Shown here one piece after another: positions 32,773 to 41,940 of a stretch of DNA of 64,000 nt. A model generated the notes under the pieces. The model ran no database searches. It was given only the letters and a program-made list of their open reading frames with translations, and was not told where the DNA came from. The stretch comes from an uncultured delta proteobacterium. GTDB lineage: Bacteria > Myxococcota_A > Polyangia > Polyangiales > B10-G4. The stretch spans positions 768,001 to 832,000 of the forward strand of contig CAVSGI010000010.1 of assembly GCA_963727445.1 (NCBI GenBank). The letters are read 5' to 3'. The number at the start of each line of letters is the position of its first letter. Within the stretch, counting starts at the first letter, position 1. Both the position numbers and the translations under genes were made by a program.

Positions 32773-32849
32773 GGAGAAGCTCGACGAGTTCGGTCACCCA
32801 TGCGCCTCGCGGAGAAGTTCGACAAGCTCGGTCCGTCACCCATGCGTCT
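32773..32849 (+). repeat. Imperfect tandem duplication of the translation-start region
   Basis: GGAGAAGCTCGACGAGTTCGGTCACCCATGCGCCT (32773-32807) vs GGAGAAGTTCGACAAGCTCGGTCCGTCACCCATGCGTCT (32811-32849). Confidence 0.7.
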
Positions 32850-33843
32850 GCTTTATCGGGCGCAGCACGACGGGATGCTGCTCGGGCTCAAGACGGCGCA
32901 TCAGGTCGTTCGTTTCCTGGTGAACGAGCGGCTGAAGCGCGATCCCGCGCTCGAGGAGGAGCACCAGAGGAGATACCGAAAGCTCCTCCGCGACGATCTC
33001 GCGAACGTCGAAGCCGGCTACTACCCGCGGAGCCTCCTCCTCGGCTTCCCGTACCGCGAGTACTTGAAGAACGCACCGAAGTTGCTCGCCGACATTCCCC
33101 GCACGGTCCTCCGCAAGAAGCGACGCGACCACGAGGATCTCCCCCGCGGCATCGACCTCTCACGCTACCCCACCTATTACCGGCGCAACTTCCACTGGCA
33201 GACCGGTGGCTACTTCACGATGGACTCCGCCATCCGCTACGACGTCGGCGTCGAGCTCCTCTTTCTGGGCACGGCGGACGTGATGCGGCGTATGGCGATC
33301 CCCCCGGTCAGCCGGCTGGTGGCCCAGCGCGGGACCGACCTGCGCGTCCTCGACGTCGCTTGCGGCACCGGCGGCTACCTCCGGCTGCTCGGCGGGGCGC
33401 TGCCCGAGCTCGACTACACCGGCCTCGATCTGAGCGACGCCTATCTGGCCTACGCGCGGGAGCGCTGCCGTGGCATCGCGCGACTCAACCTGGTCCAGGG
33501 CAACGCCGAGGAGATGCCCTTCCGAGACGGCTGGTTCGACGTGGTCACCAGCGTCTACCTCTTCCACGAGCTGCCCAGGAACGTGCGCCGGAACGCGATG
33601 CGCGAGATGTTCCGCGTGCTCGCACCGGGCGGTCTTCTCGTCATCGAAGACTCCGCGCAGCTCAGCGACAGCGGCGAGCTCGCCCGGGTCCTCGCCAACT
33701 TCTCCAACGACTTCCACGAGCCCTACTACAAGGGCTACGTCCGCGACGATCTGGCCGAAGCCCTCGAAGAGGTGGGCTTCGATGTCGAGGAGAGCGAGCC
33801 ACACCTGGTGGCGAAGGTGGTCGTGGCGCGGAAGCCCGTCTGA
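32800..33843 (+). CDS. Class I SAM-dependent methyltransferase
   Basis: YYRRNFHWQTGGY, LDVACGTG, GNAEEMPF, YLFHELP, FHEPYY; alternative start 32842. Confidence 0.88.
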   Translation: MRLAEKFDKLGPSPMRLLYRAQHDGMLLGLKTAHQVVRFLVNERLKRDPALEEEHQRRYRKLLRDDLANVEAGYYPRSLLLGFPYREYLKNAPKLLADIPRTVLRKKRRDHEDLPRGIDLSRYPTYYRRNFHWQTGGYFTMDSAIRYDVGVELLFLGTADVMRRMAIPPVSRLVAQRGTDLRVLDVACGTGGYLRLLGGALPELDYTGLDLSDAYLAYARERCRGIARLNLVQGNAEEMPFRDGWFDVVTSVYLFHELPRNVRRNAMREMFRVLAPGGLLVIEDSAQLSDSGELARVLANFSNDFHEPYYKGYVRDDLAEALEEVGFDVEESEPHLVAKVVVARKPV

Positions 33844-34800
33844 TCACGGACAGGCGATGCCGCACACCTGCACTTCGCCCGGACAGCTCATCACGCTCTC
33901 CCGACAGTCCGAGATCTGACAATCGGCGCTCCCCGCGCACTGAAGCGTGCATTCCGCGGTGTTGGTGCAGGCGACGACACAATGGGAGGCGTCACGACAA
34001 TCGACGATGCACATGGCGTTGTCGCCGCAAGAGATCTGCGCGTCGGTGGCCATCCGGGCATCGACCTCGCACCGGGCGGTGTTCGCGCATTGCAGGGTGA
34101 ACGTGCTGGCGCTTCCGACGCTCGTGGTGCAGGTGGAGTTGTTCTGGCAGCTCGCGGTGCAGGCTTCCGCGCCGCAGACGAAGTCGCAGCTGCGATTCGA
34201 GCTGCAACCGCAACCGTCGCTGCTGCAGTTGGGCATCGCTCCATCGGCGGTGGCGTCGGGACCGCCCGCGTCGAGGAGCTCGCCGCCGGGCAGCACCTCC
34301 TGCAGGCTCCCCGGTTCGAGCACGGCGGAGACGCAACCCTGCTCGGTGCACGTCTGGTTCGGCTCCGTGCAGGTGATGCCCTCACATCCCTTCGCCAGGA
34401 ACATGGGCAGGAGCAGGGTGCGCTGCGAAACGAAGCCGGTGATGGCGAGCCGTGTCAGTCGTACCTCCCGCGTCGGGCTCAGGCCATCGACGGAGACCAC
34501 GATGCGCCGGCTCGCGTCGTCGTCGACGGGGACCACCCCGAAGGAAAGAGGCAGGGTGAAGCGGGTGGGGTCCGCGGGGTCCACCACATCGGTGAGCGTG
34601 AACTCGTTCATACTGATCTCGTTGCCGTCGAGATCGGTGATGCGAACGACGACGAAGGCGAGCTCGGTCGGGACCTGATAGTCGGTGTTGACCAGGACCA
34701 CGAGCTGGGTCGCGTCCTTCTGGCAGCCAACCGCCCAAAACCCCGCCCACAGGGCGAGGCCGAGGACTGAAAGGCTTGGAAATAGACGCTTTCCTCTCAC
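33844..34800 (-). CDS. Cys-rich lipoprotein, variable-tip family member 1
   Basis: Lipobox AVGC; TQLVVLVNTD domain; C-terminal C.....C...C repeats; GTG start inferred. Confidence 0.75.
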   Translation of the reverse strand: MRGKRLFPSLSVLGLALWAGFWAVGCQKDATQLVVLVNTDYQVPTELAFVVVRITDLDGNEISMNEFTLTDVVDPADPTRFTLPLSFGVVPVDDDASRRIVVSVDGLSPTREVRLTRLAITGFVSQRTLLLPMFLAKGCEGITCTEPNQTCTEQGCVSAVLEPGSLQEVLPGGELLDAGGPDATADGAMPNCSSDGCGCSSNRSCDFVCGAEACTASCQNNSTCTTSVGSASTFTLQCANTARCEVDARMATDAQISCGDNAMCIVDCRDASHCVVACTNTAECTLQCAGSADCQISDCRESVMSCPGEVQVCGIACP

Positions 34801-34896
34801 GGTCGGGGTTGCGGGCAGCTTGACCACCCAACACTGCCACCTTAGCGTGTTTTGAACCCCCGAGTGGTGATCTGAGCGCTCGGAGGACGCCCCCAC

Positions 34897-36264
34897 ATGC
34901 CCATTCTGACGGAGCAGGAGCGGATCGGGACCTTGTTGGCCGGCCGCTATCAGCTCGATGCCATTCTCGGCAGGGGCGGGACGGGTGTCGTCTTCGAGGC
35001 GACCCACAATTGGACCGGCCGCAAGGTCGCGGTGAAGCTCCTCAAGCCGGAGTACTCCCGGGATCTTTCGCTGACGCGTCGCTTCCTCCAGGAGGCGCGG
35101 GCTGCCGCAGGCCTGAGCCACCCGAACGTCGTCCAGGTCCTCGACATGGGCAACGAGAAGGACGGCACCGTCCATCTGGTGTTGGAGCGCCTCGAGGGGC
35201 GGTCGCTCGGCGCACACCTCGAAGAAAACGTGACCCTCTCCCCCGAGGAGACGCTCAACGTCCTGGTGCCGATCATGGACGCGCTGGTCCTCGCGCACCA
35301 GCAGGGGATCATCCATCGCGACCTCAAGCCCGACAACATCTACCTCCACAAGGACGGCGCCGGGCGTCCCTCGCCGAAGCTCCTCGATTTCGGGATGTCG
35401 AAGATGGTCGACGCCGCCTGGGGCACCGCGACCTCCTCCGGCACCCTGGTCGGCACGCCGTTCTACATGTCGCCCGAACAGGCGGAGGGGCGAAAGGATC
35501 AGGGGCCGCAGACCGACGTCTGGTCGATGGGGGTGATCTTCTATCGCTGCCTCACCGGCGCCCTGCCCTTCTGGGCTGACACGCCGACGAAGCTCTTGAT
35601 GGAGATCGTCCAGGCCCACCCCAAGCCGGTGACCGAGCGTGCTCCCGACGTACCAGCTGCATTCGCCGAGGTCGTGGACCGCTGCCTCGAAGAGGACCTG
35701 GACAAGCGCTGGAAGAGCATGGGGGCGCTCCTCGAAGCCCTGAAGTCGGCGGCGGAGGCCTCGGACATCCCCTTCCCCAAGCTCCCCGATCCCGAGTCCA
35801 TGGCCGAGCCGGAGAAGTTCGATCCGGGCCCGCGCCGGGACAAGGATGCGGAGTCGAGCCGCGCGATGGGTCCGAAGATCGCCGGCGCGCTGCTCGCCGC
35901 AGCCGTCGTGATCGGCGGCATTCTGTGGGCGACCCACGATCAGGAGGCGGTCGCCGACGCGGGGACCGAGAGTGCAGCGGAAGCGGAGACGGGAGCGGAG
36001 GCGGAGACGGAGGCGGAGACGGAGACGGTGACCTCGACGGAGACCGCGAGGGAGACGGAGACGGAGACCGGGGCGGAGACGGAGACCGCGGCGGAGACGG
36101 TCTCGGAAACGGAGACGGAGACGGCGGCGAGGTCGGGCATGGGGATGGGCACGCGGCCCCGAAACGGAAGCGATCACGGTGGTATGATCCCGCCATCGAC
36201 CACGATGGAGACATCCGCAGGCGCGCCCGACATGCGCCTCCCCGATGTCGCCGAGGAGTGGTGA
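34897..36264 (+). CDS. Membrane Ser/Thr protein kinase
   Basis: LGRGGTG, VAVK, HRDLKPDN, DFG, GTPFYMSPE, DVWSMG; TM helix then E/T/A-rich linker. Confidence 0.95.
   Translation: MPILTEQERIGTLLAGRYQLDAILGRGGTGVVFEATHNWTGRKVAVKLLKPEYSRDLSLTRRFLQEARAAAGLSHPNVVQVLDMGNEKDGTVHLVLERLEGRSLGAHLEENVTLSPEETLNVLVPIMDALVLAHQQGIIHRDLKPDNIYLHKDGAGRPSPKLLDFGMSKMVDAAWGTATSSGTLVGTPFYMSPEQAEGRKDQGPQTDVWSMGVIFYRCLTGALPFWADTPTKLLMEIVQAHPKPVTERAPDVPAAFAEVVDRCLEEDLDKRWKSMGALLEALKSAAEASDIPFPKLPDPESMAEPEKFDPGPRRDKDAESSRAMGPKIAGALLAAAVVIGGILWATHDQEAVADAGTESAAEAETGAEAETEAETETVTSTETARETETETGAETETAAETVSETETETAARSGMGMGTRPRNGSDHGGMIPPSTTMETSAGAPDMRLPDVAEEW
35964..36126 (+). repeat. Low-complexity GAGACG/GCGGAG repeats encoding an (ET/EA)n linker
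   Basis: Tandem 6-bp units visible inside the kinase C-terminal region. Confidence 0.75.
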
Positions 36265-37262
36265 GGGCGCGCCTCGCCTTCCTCGCGCTTCTCCTTCTTC
36301 CCGACCTCGCGCTCGCGCAGGACCTGGACGGAGGCGTGGCATCTCCGGATGCCGGCGCGTCCGACGGCGGTGCACGGAGCGCCGATGGCGGCGAAGATGC
36401 GACCCCGGAGGTCGAGGCCCGCGCGCTCTTCCGTCGCGGCATCACGCTGACCCGTCAGGAGCGCTGGGGTGAGGCCCTCGAGTACTTCCGCCGCTCGCGG
36501 GCGCTGGTCGAGCGGCCATCCACCACCTTCAACATCGCACTCGCTCTACTCCGCCTCGGACGTCCGACCGAAGCGCGCGCCGCGCTCACCGAGTACATTT
36601 CGCAGTCCGAGGGCAACCCGCGCGAAGAGCAGCGACGCCGCCAGGCGGGCGAGCTCCTGAGCCTCGCCATGAGCTCCATCGCGGAGCTCGTGCTCACACT
36701 CACCCCGGCCACCGCCGACGTTCGGGTCGACGGTGTGCTGCGCGAAGGCCAAGGCGCCGAGCGGATCATCGCCCTCGATCCCGGAACCCACTCTCTGGGC
36801 GTGACGCGCGAGGGTTACGTCCCGCAGACCCTCGAGCTCTCGGTGCTCGAAGGCGAGCACGTGAGCCGCGAGATCTCCCTCGAGGAACGAACCGATCCGG
36901 CGCGCGTTCAGGTGACCGCGAGCGTCGCGAGCGCGGTGATCTCCGTCGACGACGCCGAGGTCGGTACCGGCCGGTGGACCGGCGACCTGGAACCTGGACG
37001 ACACGTGATCGAGGTGCGCGCCGACGACCACGAGCCCTTCCGTCGCGTCATCGATGTCGAGGCCATGCAGCGCCTCGACGTCACCGCGTCACTGTCCCGG
37101 CGCGAGGCCTCGCTCTGGGCCAATCCGTGGCTCTGGGTCGCGGTGGGCGTCGTCGTTCTAGGCGCAGGTGTCGGCGTGGGCGTGGGCGTGGCCTCCTCGG
37201 GAACGGCGGAGCCCTACGGCGGCACGACGGGCGTCGTCCTGCAGGGTCTCAGCGGTCCCTGA
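36261..37262 (+). CDS. TPR + PEGA domain protein with C-terminal membrane segment
   Basis: Signal; ARALFRRG...EALEYFRRS...FNIA TPR; two PEGA-like units (V.VDG, L.PG.H); NPWLWVAVG Gly-rich TM; GTGA overlap with kinase. Confidence 0.85.
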   Translation: MRARLAFLALLLLPDLALAQDLDGGVASPDAGASDGGARSADGGEDATPEVEARALFRRGITLTRQERWGEALEYFRRSRALVERPSTTFNIALALLRLGRPTEARAALTEYISQSEGNPREEQRRRQAGELLSLAMSSIAELVLTLTPATADVRVDGVLREGQGAERIIALDPGTHSLGVTREGYVPQTLELSVLEGEHVSREISLEERTDPARVQVTASVASAVISVDDAEVGTGRWTGDLEPGRHVIEVRADDHEPFRRVIDVEAMQRLDVTASLSRREASLWANPWLWVAVGVVVLGAGVGVGVGVASSGTAEPYGGTTGVVLQGLSGP

Positions 37263-37273
37263 AGCTCGAGCGC

Positions 37274-37999
37274 TCAGCCGAACGCCGCATCGGTCCGATC
37301 GAAGAGATGCTCGATCAGGATCGCGAGGTCGGCGTGGTTCGCGGTGCTCGGGCAGGGGATCCAGTGGCGCGCCACGGGCATCTCCTTTTCGAGCGCGACG
37401 CGCTGCGCCTGGGTCGCGCCCCAGAGGATGACCGTGACCTCGTCGAGGTGGATCGGCAGCATCGACGCCAGGGTCATGGGATCGACCGCGGGCAGGGAAC
37501 AATCGATGATGATCGTCGGTCCGTCGTCGTAATGCTTCTCGACGGCGGAGATCAGATCGAAGACGTTGCCGACCTGTCGCACCTTCGCGCGCCCGTGAAG
37601 CTGTCGCGCGATGGACTGGATCGACGTGCGATCGAGCGAGGACACCAGGATGATGCGCTCGATGCGCGGGACGACGGCCGGGAACTTCGCCGGCGGCGTC
37701 TCCGCCTCGTCTTCGCGCACGCGAACGTGCGAGCCCGCCATCTGCAGGATGGGCTCGAGACGCTCGAGGACGATCTCGGTGTCGCTCTCGTCCGCGTGCT
37801 GCTCGAGCGCGCTGAGCAGCCCCCCGTAGACGAAGGAGCGCGCGCGGTCGGCCTCTTCCGGAACGACGACACGCTGGGCCATCATCAGCGCCTGGCTCAG
37901 GACCATCTCCGCCTTCGCGTCTGCGAAGACGAGCGACAGCGCCTCGCGGACACTGCGCGCGATCGGCCCCTCTCTCTTCTTGAACTGCGGTGCAGACAT
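37274..37999 (-). CDS. Hypothetical protein, possible C-terminal pseudo-receiver domain
   Basis: Coding-like composition; IILVSS, IIIDC, VILWG alpha/beta pattern. Confidence 0.6.
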   Translation of the reverse strand: MSAPQFKKREGPIARSVREALSLVFADAKAEMVLSQALMMAQRVVVPEEADRARSFVYGGLLSALEQHADESDTEIVLERLEPILQMAGSHVRVREDEAETPPAKFPAVVPRIERIILVSSLDRTSIQSIARQLHGRAKVRQVGNVFDLISAVEKHYDDGPTIIIDCSLPAVDPMTLASMLPIHLDEVTVILWGATQAQRVALEKEMPVARHWIPCPSTANHADLAILIEHLFDRTDAAFG

Positions 38000-38104
38000 C
38001 GCCAGGTGGAACCGAAGCTCCAGGACCAAGCTAACGCCGTGTGGAAATCCACGCCAGGAAGCTCTGTAATTTTGGTGCGTATATGTAGGAAACGGCCCCA
38101 CGCA

Positions 38105-38863
38105 ATGAAACTCACATGGCTCCTCTCACTGGCCTTTTTTCTCGCCGCATCCTGCAGCGAGCCCCAGCCACACACCGATCGGTCAGCCGCCGAAGCCCAA
38201 GCGCCGGCCCCGCGATCCGAGCCCTCCGCCGGGGGGCAGAACGCCGCCCGAGAGCCCACGCCTTCTCCCGCCCCCGAGCCTGCTCCCGCGCGTGCCTTGG
38301 TGAAGGTGATCGTTCTCGGCGACTTCGACGAAGACGTGATCGACGCGGTGGAGCGCGAGCTTCGCGAGGTGCTCGCGGTCGATGTCGAGCGCATCGAAGG
38401 TGTCCCGCTTCCGGAGGCGGCATGGTATCCGCCGCGCCGTCGCTACCGCGCCGATCGTTTGCTCGAGTTCTTGCGCGGGCATCTGCAAGGCGAGCCCGAA
38501 ACCACACGCGTCATCGGTCTCACCTCGGTCGACATCTCGGTGACCAAGGGGCGCTACCCGGACTGGGGAGTCTTCGGCTACGGCGACCTCGGCGGCCGCG
38601 CGTGCGTCGTCTCCAGCTATCGCTTGAGCGAGCGCGGCCGGCGCCACGACGCGCTGGTCACGGAGCGCGTGGCGACGACCGCGGTTCACGAGGTCGGCCA
38701 CACGCTGGGTCTGCCGCATTGTCAGGACCCGCTCTGTGTGATGCGCGACGCAGAGGGCAGCATCCGCACCGTCGACACCAGCGACGGCCAGCTGGGGCCC
38801 GACTGCCGCGCGCTCATCGAGGAGACCGCTCCGCGCGTCGTCCCCTACCACGCCCCCCAATAG
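38105..38863 (+). CDS. Archaemetzincin-like Zn metalloprotease (M54), lipoprotein
   Basis: HEVGHTLGLPHC...CVM...C; RRRYRAD, GLTSVDI, WGVFG; lipobox AASC. Confidence 0.88.
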   Translation: MKLTWLLSLAFFLAASCSEPQPHTDRSAAEAQAPAPRSEPSAGGQNAAREPTPSPAPEPAPARALVKVIVLGDFDEDVIDAVERELREVLAVDVERIEGVPLPEAAWYPPRRRYRADRLLEFLRGHLQGEPETTRVIGLTSVDISVTKGRYPDWGVFGYGDLGGRACVVSSYRLSERGRRHDALVTERVATTAVHEVGHTLGLPHCQDPLCVMRDAEGSIRTVDTSDGQLGPDCRALIEETAPRVVPYHAPQ

Positions 38864-38864
38864 C

Positions 38865-39827
38865 TCAGGGGCAGGCGCCGTCGACGCAGACCACGTCGCC
38901 GAATCCCGGGTACTCGCAGCAGGTGAGGGAGCCGCCACAGGTGCCGCAAGGGCAGCTCGTGCATCCGACGCCGATCGTGAACGTCTGGCACATGCTGTTC
39001 ACGCACACCTGATTCGTCGCACACACCGTCCCGCAGGCGCCACAGTTGAGGATGTCGTTGCGGGTGCGGGTACAAGAGCTGTCGCACTGGGTTTCGGGGC
39101 CGCAGGAAGAGGCGCAGCTCCCGCCGCGGCAGACGTTGCCGCAGACGTTGCCGACGCTGCCGCAGTTCATCGCGTCGGTCTGGAGGTTCACGCAGCCCCC
39201 CGATCCGTCGGCGGTGAAGCCCGGCCGGCAGGCGCAGGTGCTGGAGACGCAGACCTGGGTGCTGGCGCAGGCGTTGTCGACGCTGCCGCAGTTCAGCGGG
39301 TCGCGGGTCAGGTCCAGGCCGCCGTCGCCATCCCCGGTGTCCGCAGGACCGGTGTCGGTCGGCACGCCTGCGTCGCCCAGCGCGGGGGGCGTGCCCGTCC
39401 AGTCCGCGAGCTCTCCCGGGTCGACCATCTCGCTGCGGCACCCGCCCTCGGCACAGGTCTCTCCGTCGGCGCAGGGGGTGGTCGCGCAGGCGGCGAGCAG
39501 GTTCATGGACAGCACCACGGTGCGCTCGGATTGAAAGGCCACCAACGCGCGTCGCTCGATCACGTCGGCGCCGCCGAGCTTGCCCACCACCCGCACCGTC
39601 ACCGGCGAGAGCGGGCCGGACTCGTGATAGAGCGCGAGATAGGCAGGCAGCGCCCCAACATCGACCTCGGCCGCTCTCGTGTCCCCTTCGGGTCCCATCA
39701 CCTCGATGGTGATGGCGTCGATCTCCGACGGGATCGCGAGGTCGGTATCCGTCGTCACCATGATCTGCGTGCGCGGGCTGGTGCACGCCGCGATCGAAAG
39801 TAGAAGCCACGGAAGCATGCACCGCAT
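38865..39827 (-). CDS. Cys-rich lipoprotein, variable-tip family member 2
   Basis: Lipobox IAAC; TQIMVTTDTD domain; repeated D..NCG.CG..C units. Confidence 0.8.
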   Translation of the reverse strand: MRCMLPWLLLSIAACTSPRTQIMVTTDTDLAIPSEIDAITIEVMGPEGDTRAAEVDVGALPAYLALYHESGPLSPVTVRVVGKLGGADVIERRALVAFQSERTVVLSMNLLAACATTPCADGETCAEGGCRSEMVDPGELADWTGTPPALGDAGVPTDTGPADTGDGDGGLDLTRDPLNCGSVDNACASTQVCVSSTCACRPGFTADGSGGCVNLQTDAMNCGSVGNVCGNVCRGGSCASSCGPETQCDSSCTRTRNDILNCGACGTVCATNQVCVNSMCQTFTIGVGCTSCPCGTCGGSLTCCEYPGFGDVVCVDGACP

Positions 39828-40567
39828 CAGAACCTCAACACCGTGGGGCTCGTATTTCCGTCGAGGGGACCTTCCGGACCGCTGGCCGCCGCGATCCCGA
39901 TCGCCACGCCGGCGCCCACCACCAACACCGCGCCGCCGACGATGGCCCAGAACCACCACTTGCCGAAGATGGATTCCGAGGGTGGAGGCGGCGGGGGCTC
40001 GTTCCCCGGCCAGGTCGAAGGGTCGAGGGTGACGTCGACGTTCTGCCCGGCCTCTGCTGTGACCTCCTGGCGCTCGAGGATCGTGCCCTGCCTTTCGGCG
40101 AGGACGACGTGGGCGCCGGGATCGACCTCGATCGACGTCCCGAGCGCCTCTTCGCCCAGCGTGCGGTCGTCGAGATGAACCTCGGCGTCGCCCCGAGGCC
40201 CGCTCAGGCTGATCCGCAGGTGCGCGGCGCGACCCGCGATCCGCTCCCTGAGGCCCGTCGCCAGCTGCCGGATGCCCTCGTCGGCCTCTTCGTCCGTTAG
40301 CACCGTCTCCACGAGCGCCGAGGCTTCGGTGATCTCACCCAGCTCCACGAGCGCGACCGCGAGGTTGTAGGCGATGTTCGGTGAGGGAACGAGGGCGTAG
40401 GCCTCGCGGAACCGAAGGGCGGCCTCGGAGAAGTTGCTCTCTTCCGCGAGGCCGATCCCCTCGGTGAAGAGCTCGCGGGCCCGCTCGGTGCCCATGTCGT
40501 CCTGGGCGTGGGCCCGGAGCGGCAGGGATGCGAGCAGGACGAGAGCCGCCAACGTCACCCGAAGCAT
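39827..40567 (-). CDS. TPR + PEGA protein with C-terminal membrane segment
   Basis: ARELFTEG...EAALRFREAY...YNLA; VDPGAH; KWWFWAIVGG TM. Confidence 0.85.
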   Translation of the reverse strand: MLRVTLAALVLLASLPLRAHAQDDMGTERARELFTEGIGLAEESNFSEAALRFREAYALVPSPNIAYNLAVALVELGEITEASALVETVLTDEEADEGIRQLATGLRERIAGRAAHLRISLSGPRGDAEVHLDDRTLGEEALGTSIEVDPGAHVVLAERQGTILERQEVTAEAGQNVDVTLDPSTWPGNEPPPPPPSESIFGKWWFWAIVGGAVLVVGAGVAIGIAAASGPEGPLDGNTSPTVLRF

Positions 40568-40624
40568 TGGGCGAGAGGATAGCCGATCGGGTTGTCGGAC
40601 GTGATTTTCTGGGAGGCAAGCCGC

Positions 40625-41734
40625 TCAGACGAGCATGGTGAGGCGCCTCTCGACGGGCTCGCCGGCGGTCTTCCGCGCACCGCGCTCGGCGTCCCGGAGC
40701 AGGCGCAGGATGTGGTTGCCCACCACGTCGATCTCGGTGGACATGTACTGCTCGCCACCGAAGCGCCGAATGGTGTCGGTCTGGCGCTGGAGCACCTCGG
40801 CGTCCTGGCCGAAGATGCGCAGGGCGATCGGGCGGAGGAATGGCACCACCACGAAGCCAGGGATCGGCAGCTTGAAGCTGATCACCGCGTAGAGCTCGGT
40901 GTGGAAGTCGCTCACCGGTGTGAGCGCCGCCGAGACCACGAAGTGGCTCTCGCCGAGGCCGTACTCGACCTGCACCACGCAGGGCATGATGAAGCGGTCG
41001 AAGTGCTTCACCACGCCCCCCTTGGGAGCGAGGATCTTGCCGACCAGCCCCGTGGGGCGTGGCTCGCCGATGTACTCCGCCTCCACCCGGTCGTGGTAGC
41101 GACGGACGATGACGTCGATGGGATTGCGCTCCTTGTCGTCGGTGCGGAAGAGCCCGCCGTGGAGAAAGGCCGTGTGCGGGACGTCGAGAGCGTTTTCGGC
41201 GGTGGCGTGAAGCGACGCCTCGGCGCTCACCCGCTCGGTCACCGTCGTATAGCCGGGCTTGCCCACGTAGGGCATGTGGAAGGGCTCGCGCTCGGGCGCG
41301 ACGTCGGGGGTCATGTAGACCCAGATCAGGCCGTCCTGCTCGCGGCAGGCAAAGGACTCGACCCGGCGCTCCTTCGCAGCGCCGTCTTCTTCGAGCCCCG
41401 GGATGTGCTGGCAGACGCCGCCGGTGTCGAACTGCCAGCCGTGATAGGCGCACTCCAGTCGTTCACCGCGCACACGTCCGAGCGAGAGCGGGACGTTGCG
41501 ATGCGGGCAGCGGTCGAGGAGGGCGCCGGCCTCCCCGCGATCGGTGCGGAAGAGCACCAGGGGCTCGCCCAGAATGGTCGCGCGCCGGGGCTTTTCGCCG
41601 AGCTCCGAGGCGAGGCAGGCCACGTACCAGTCGTCGGTGACGCGGGCCACCGAGGTATTCCCCTTGGTGCGGAGGGGGACCAGCCGTTCCTCGGGCTTCA
41701 CGCCACACATATGCCACGAATCACCTCGCGGCAC
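40625..41734 (-). CDS. Rieske non-heme iron oxygenase alpha subunit (VanA-like)
   Basis: DRCPHR...CAYHGW Rieske motif; ENALDVPHTAFLH mononuclear Fe motif; QD; start uncertain. Confidence 0.9.
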   Translation of the reverse strand: MPRGDSWHMCGVKPEERLVPLRTKGNTSVARVTDDWYVACLASELGEKPRRATILGEPLVLFRTDRGEAGALLDRCPHRNVPLSLGRVRGERLECAYHGWQFDTGGVCQHIPGLEEDGAAKERRVESFACREQDGLIWVYMTPDVAPEREPFHMPYVGKPGYTTVTERVSAEASLHATAENALDVPHTAFLHGGLFRTDDKERNPIDVIVRRYHDRVEAEYIGEPRPTGLVGKILAPKGGVVKHFDRFIMPCVVQVEYGLGESHFVVSAALTPVSDFHTELYAVISFKLPIPGFVVVPFLRPIALRIFGQDAEVLQRQTDTIRRFGGEQYMSTEIDVVGNHILRLLRDAERGARKTAGEPVERRLTMLV

Positions 41735-41940
41735 GCCCCTCGCAACGCAGCCTCACGCCCAGTGCCACACTGGGCCATCCGTGCGTCCGTGCCCGATGCT
41801 GGGGTAGGTGCCGCGTCCACACCGCGAAATCGTGAAGGAAACGCGTGGCATTCCCCTTGCTCATCACGGCCGCGAGCAGCGCGGGCCCTCCACCCGCGAG
41901 GGGGCGAGTTGCCCCCGGAACCGAGGGAGAAGGAATCGGA

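Noticed and set aside
34850..36375. N-terminal ~525 aa of the 843-aa ORF 33844..36375, including RLRL repeats
   Set aside because: Antisense read of the kinase and its ET repeat; the real gene starts near 34800.
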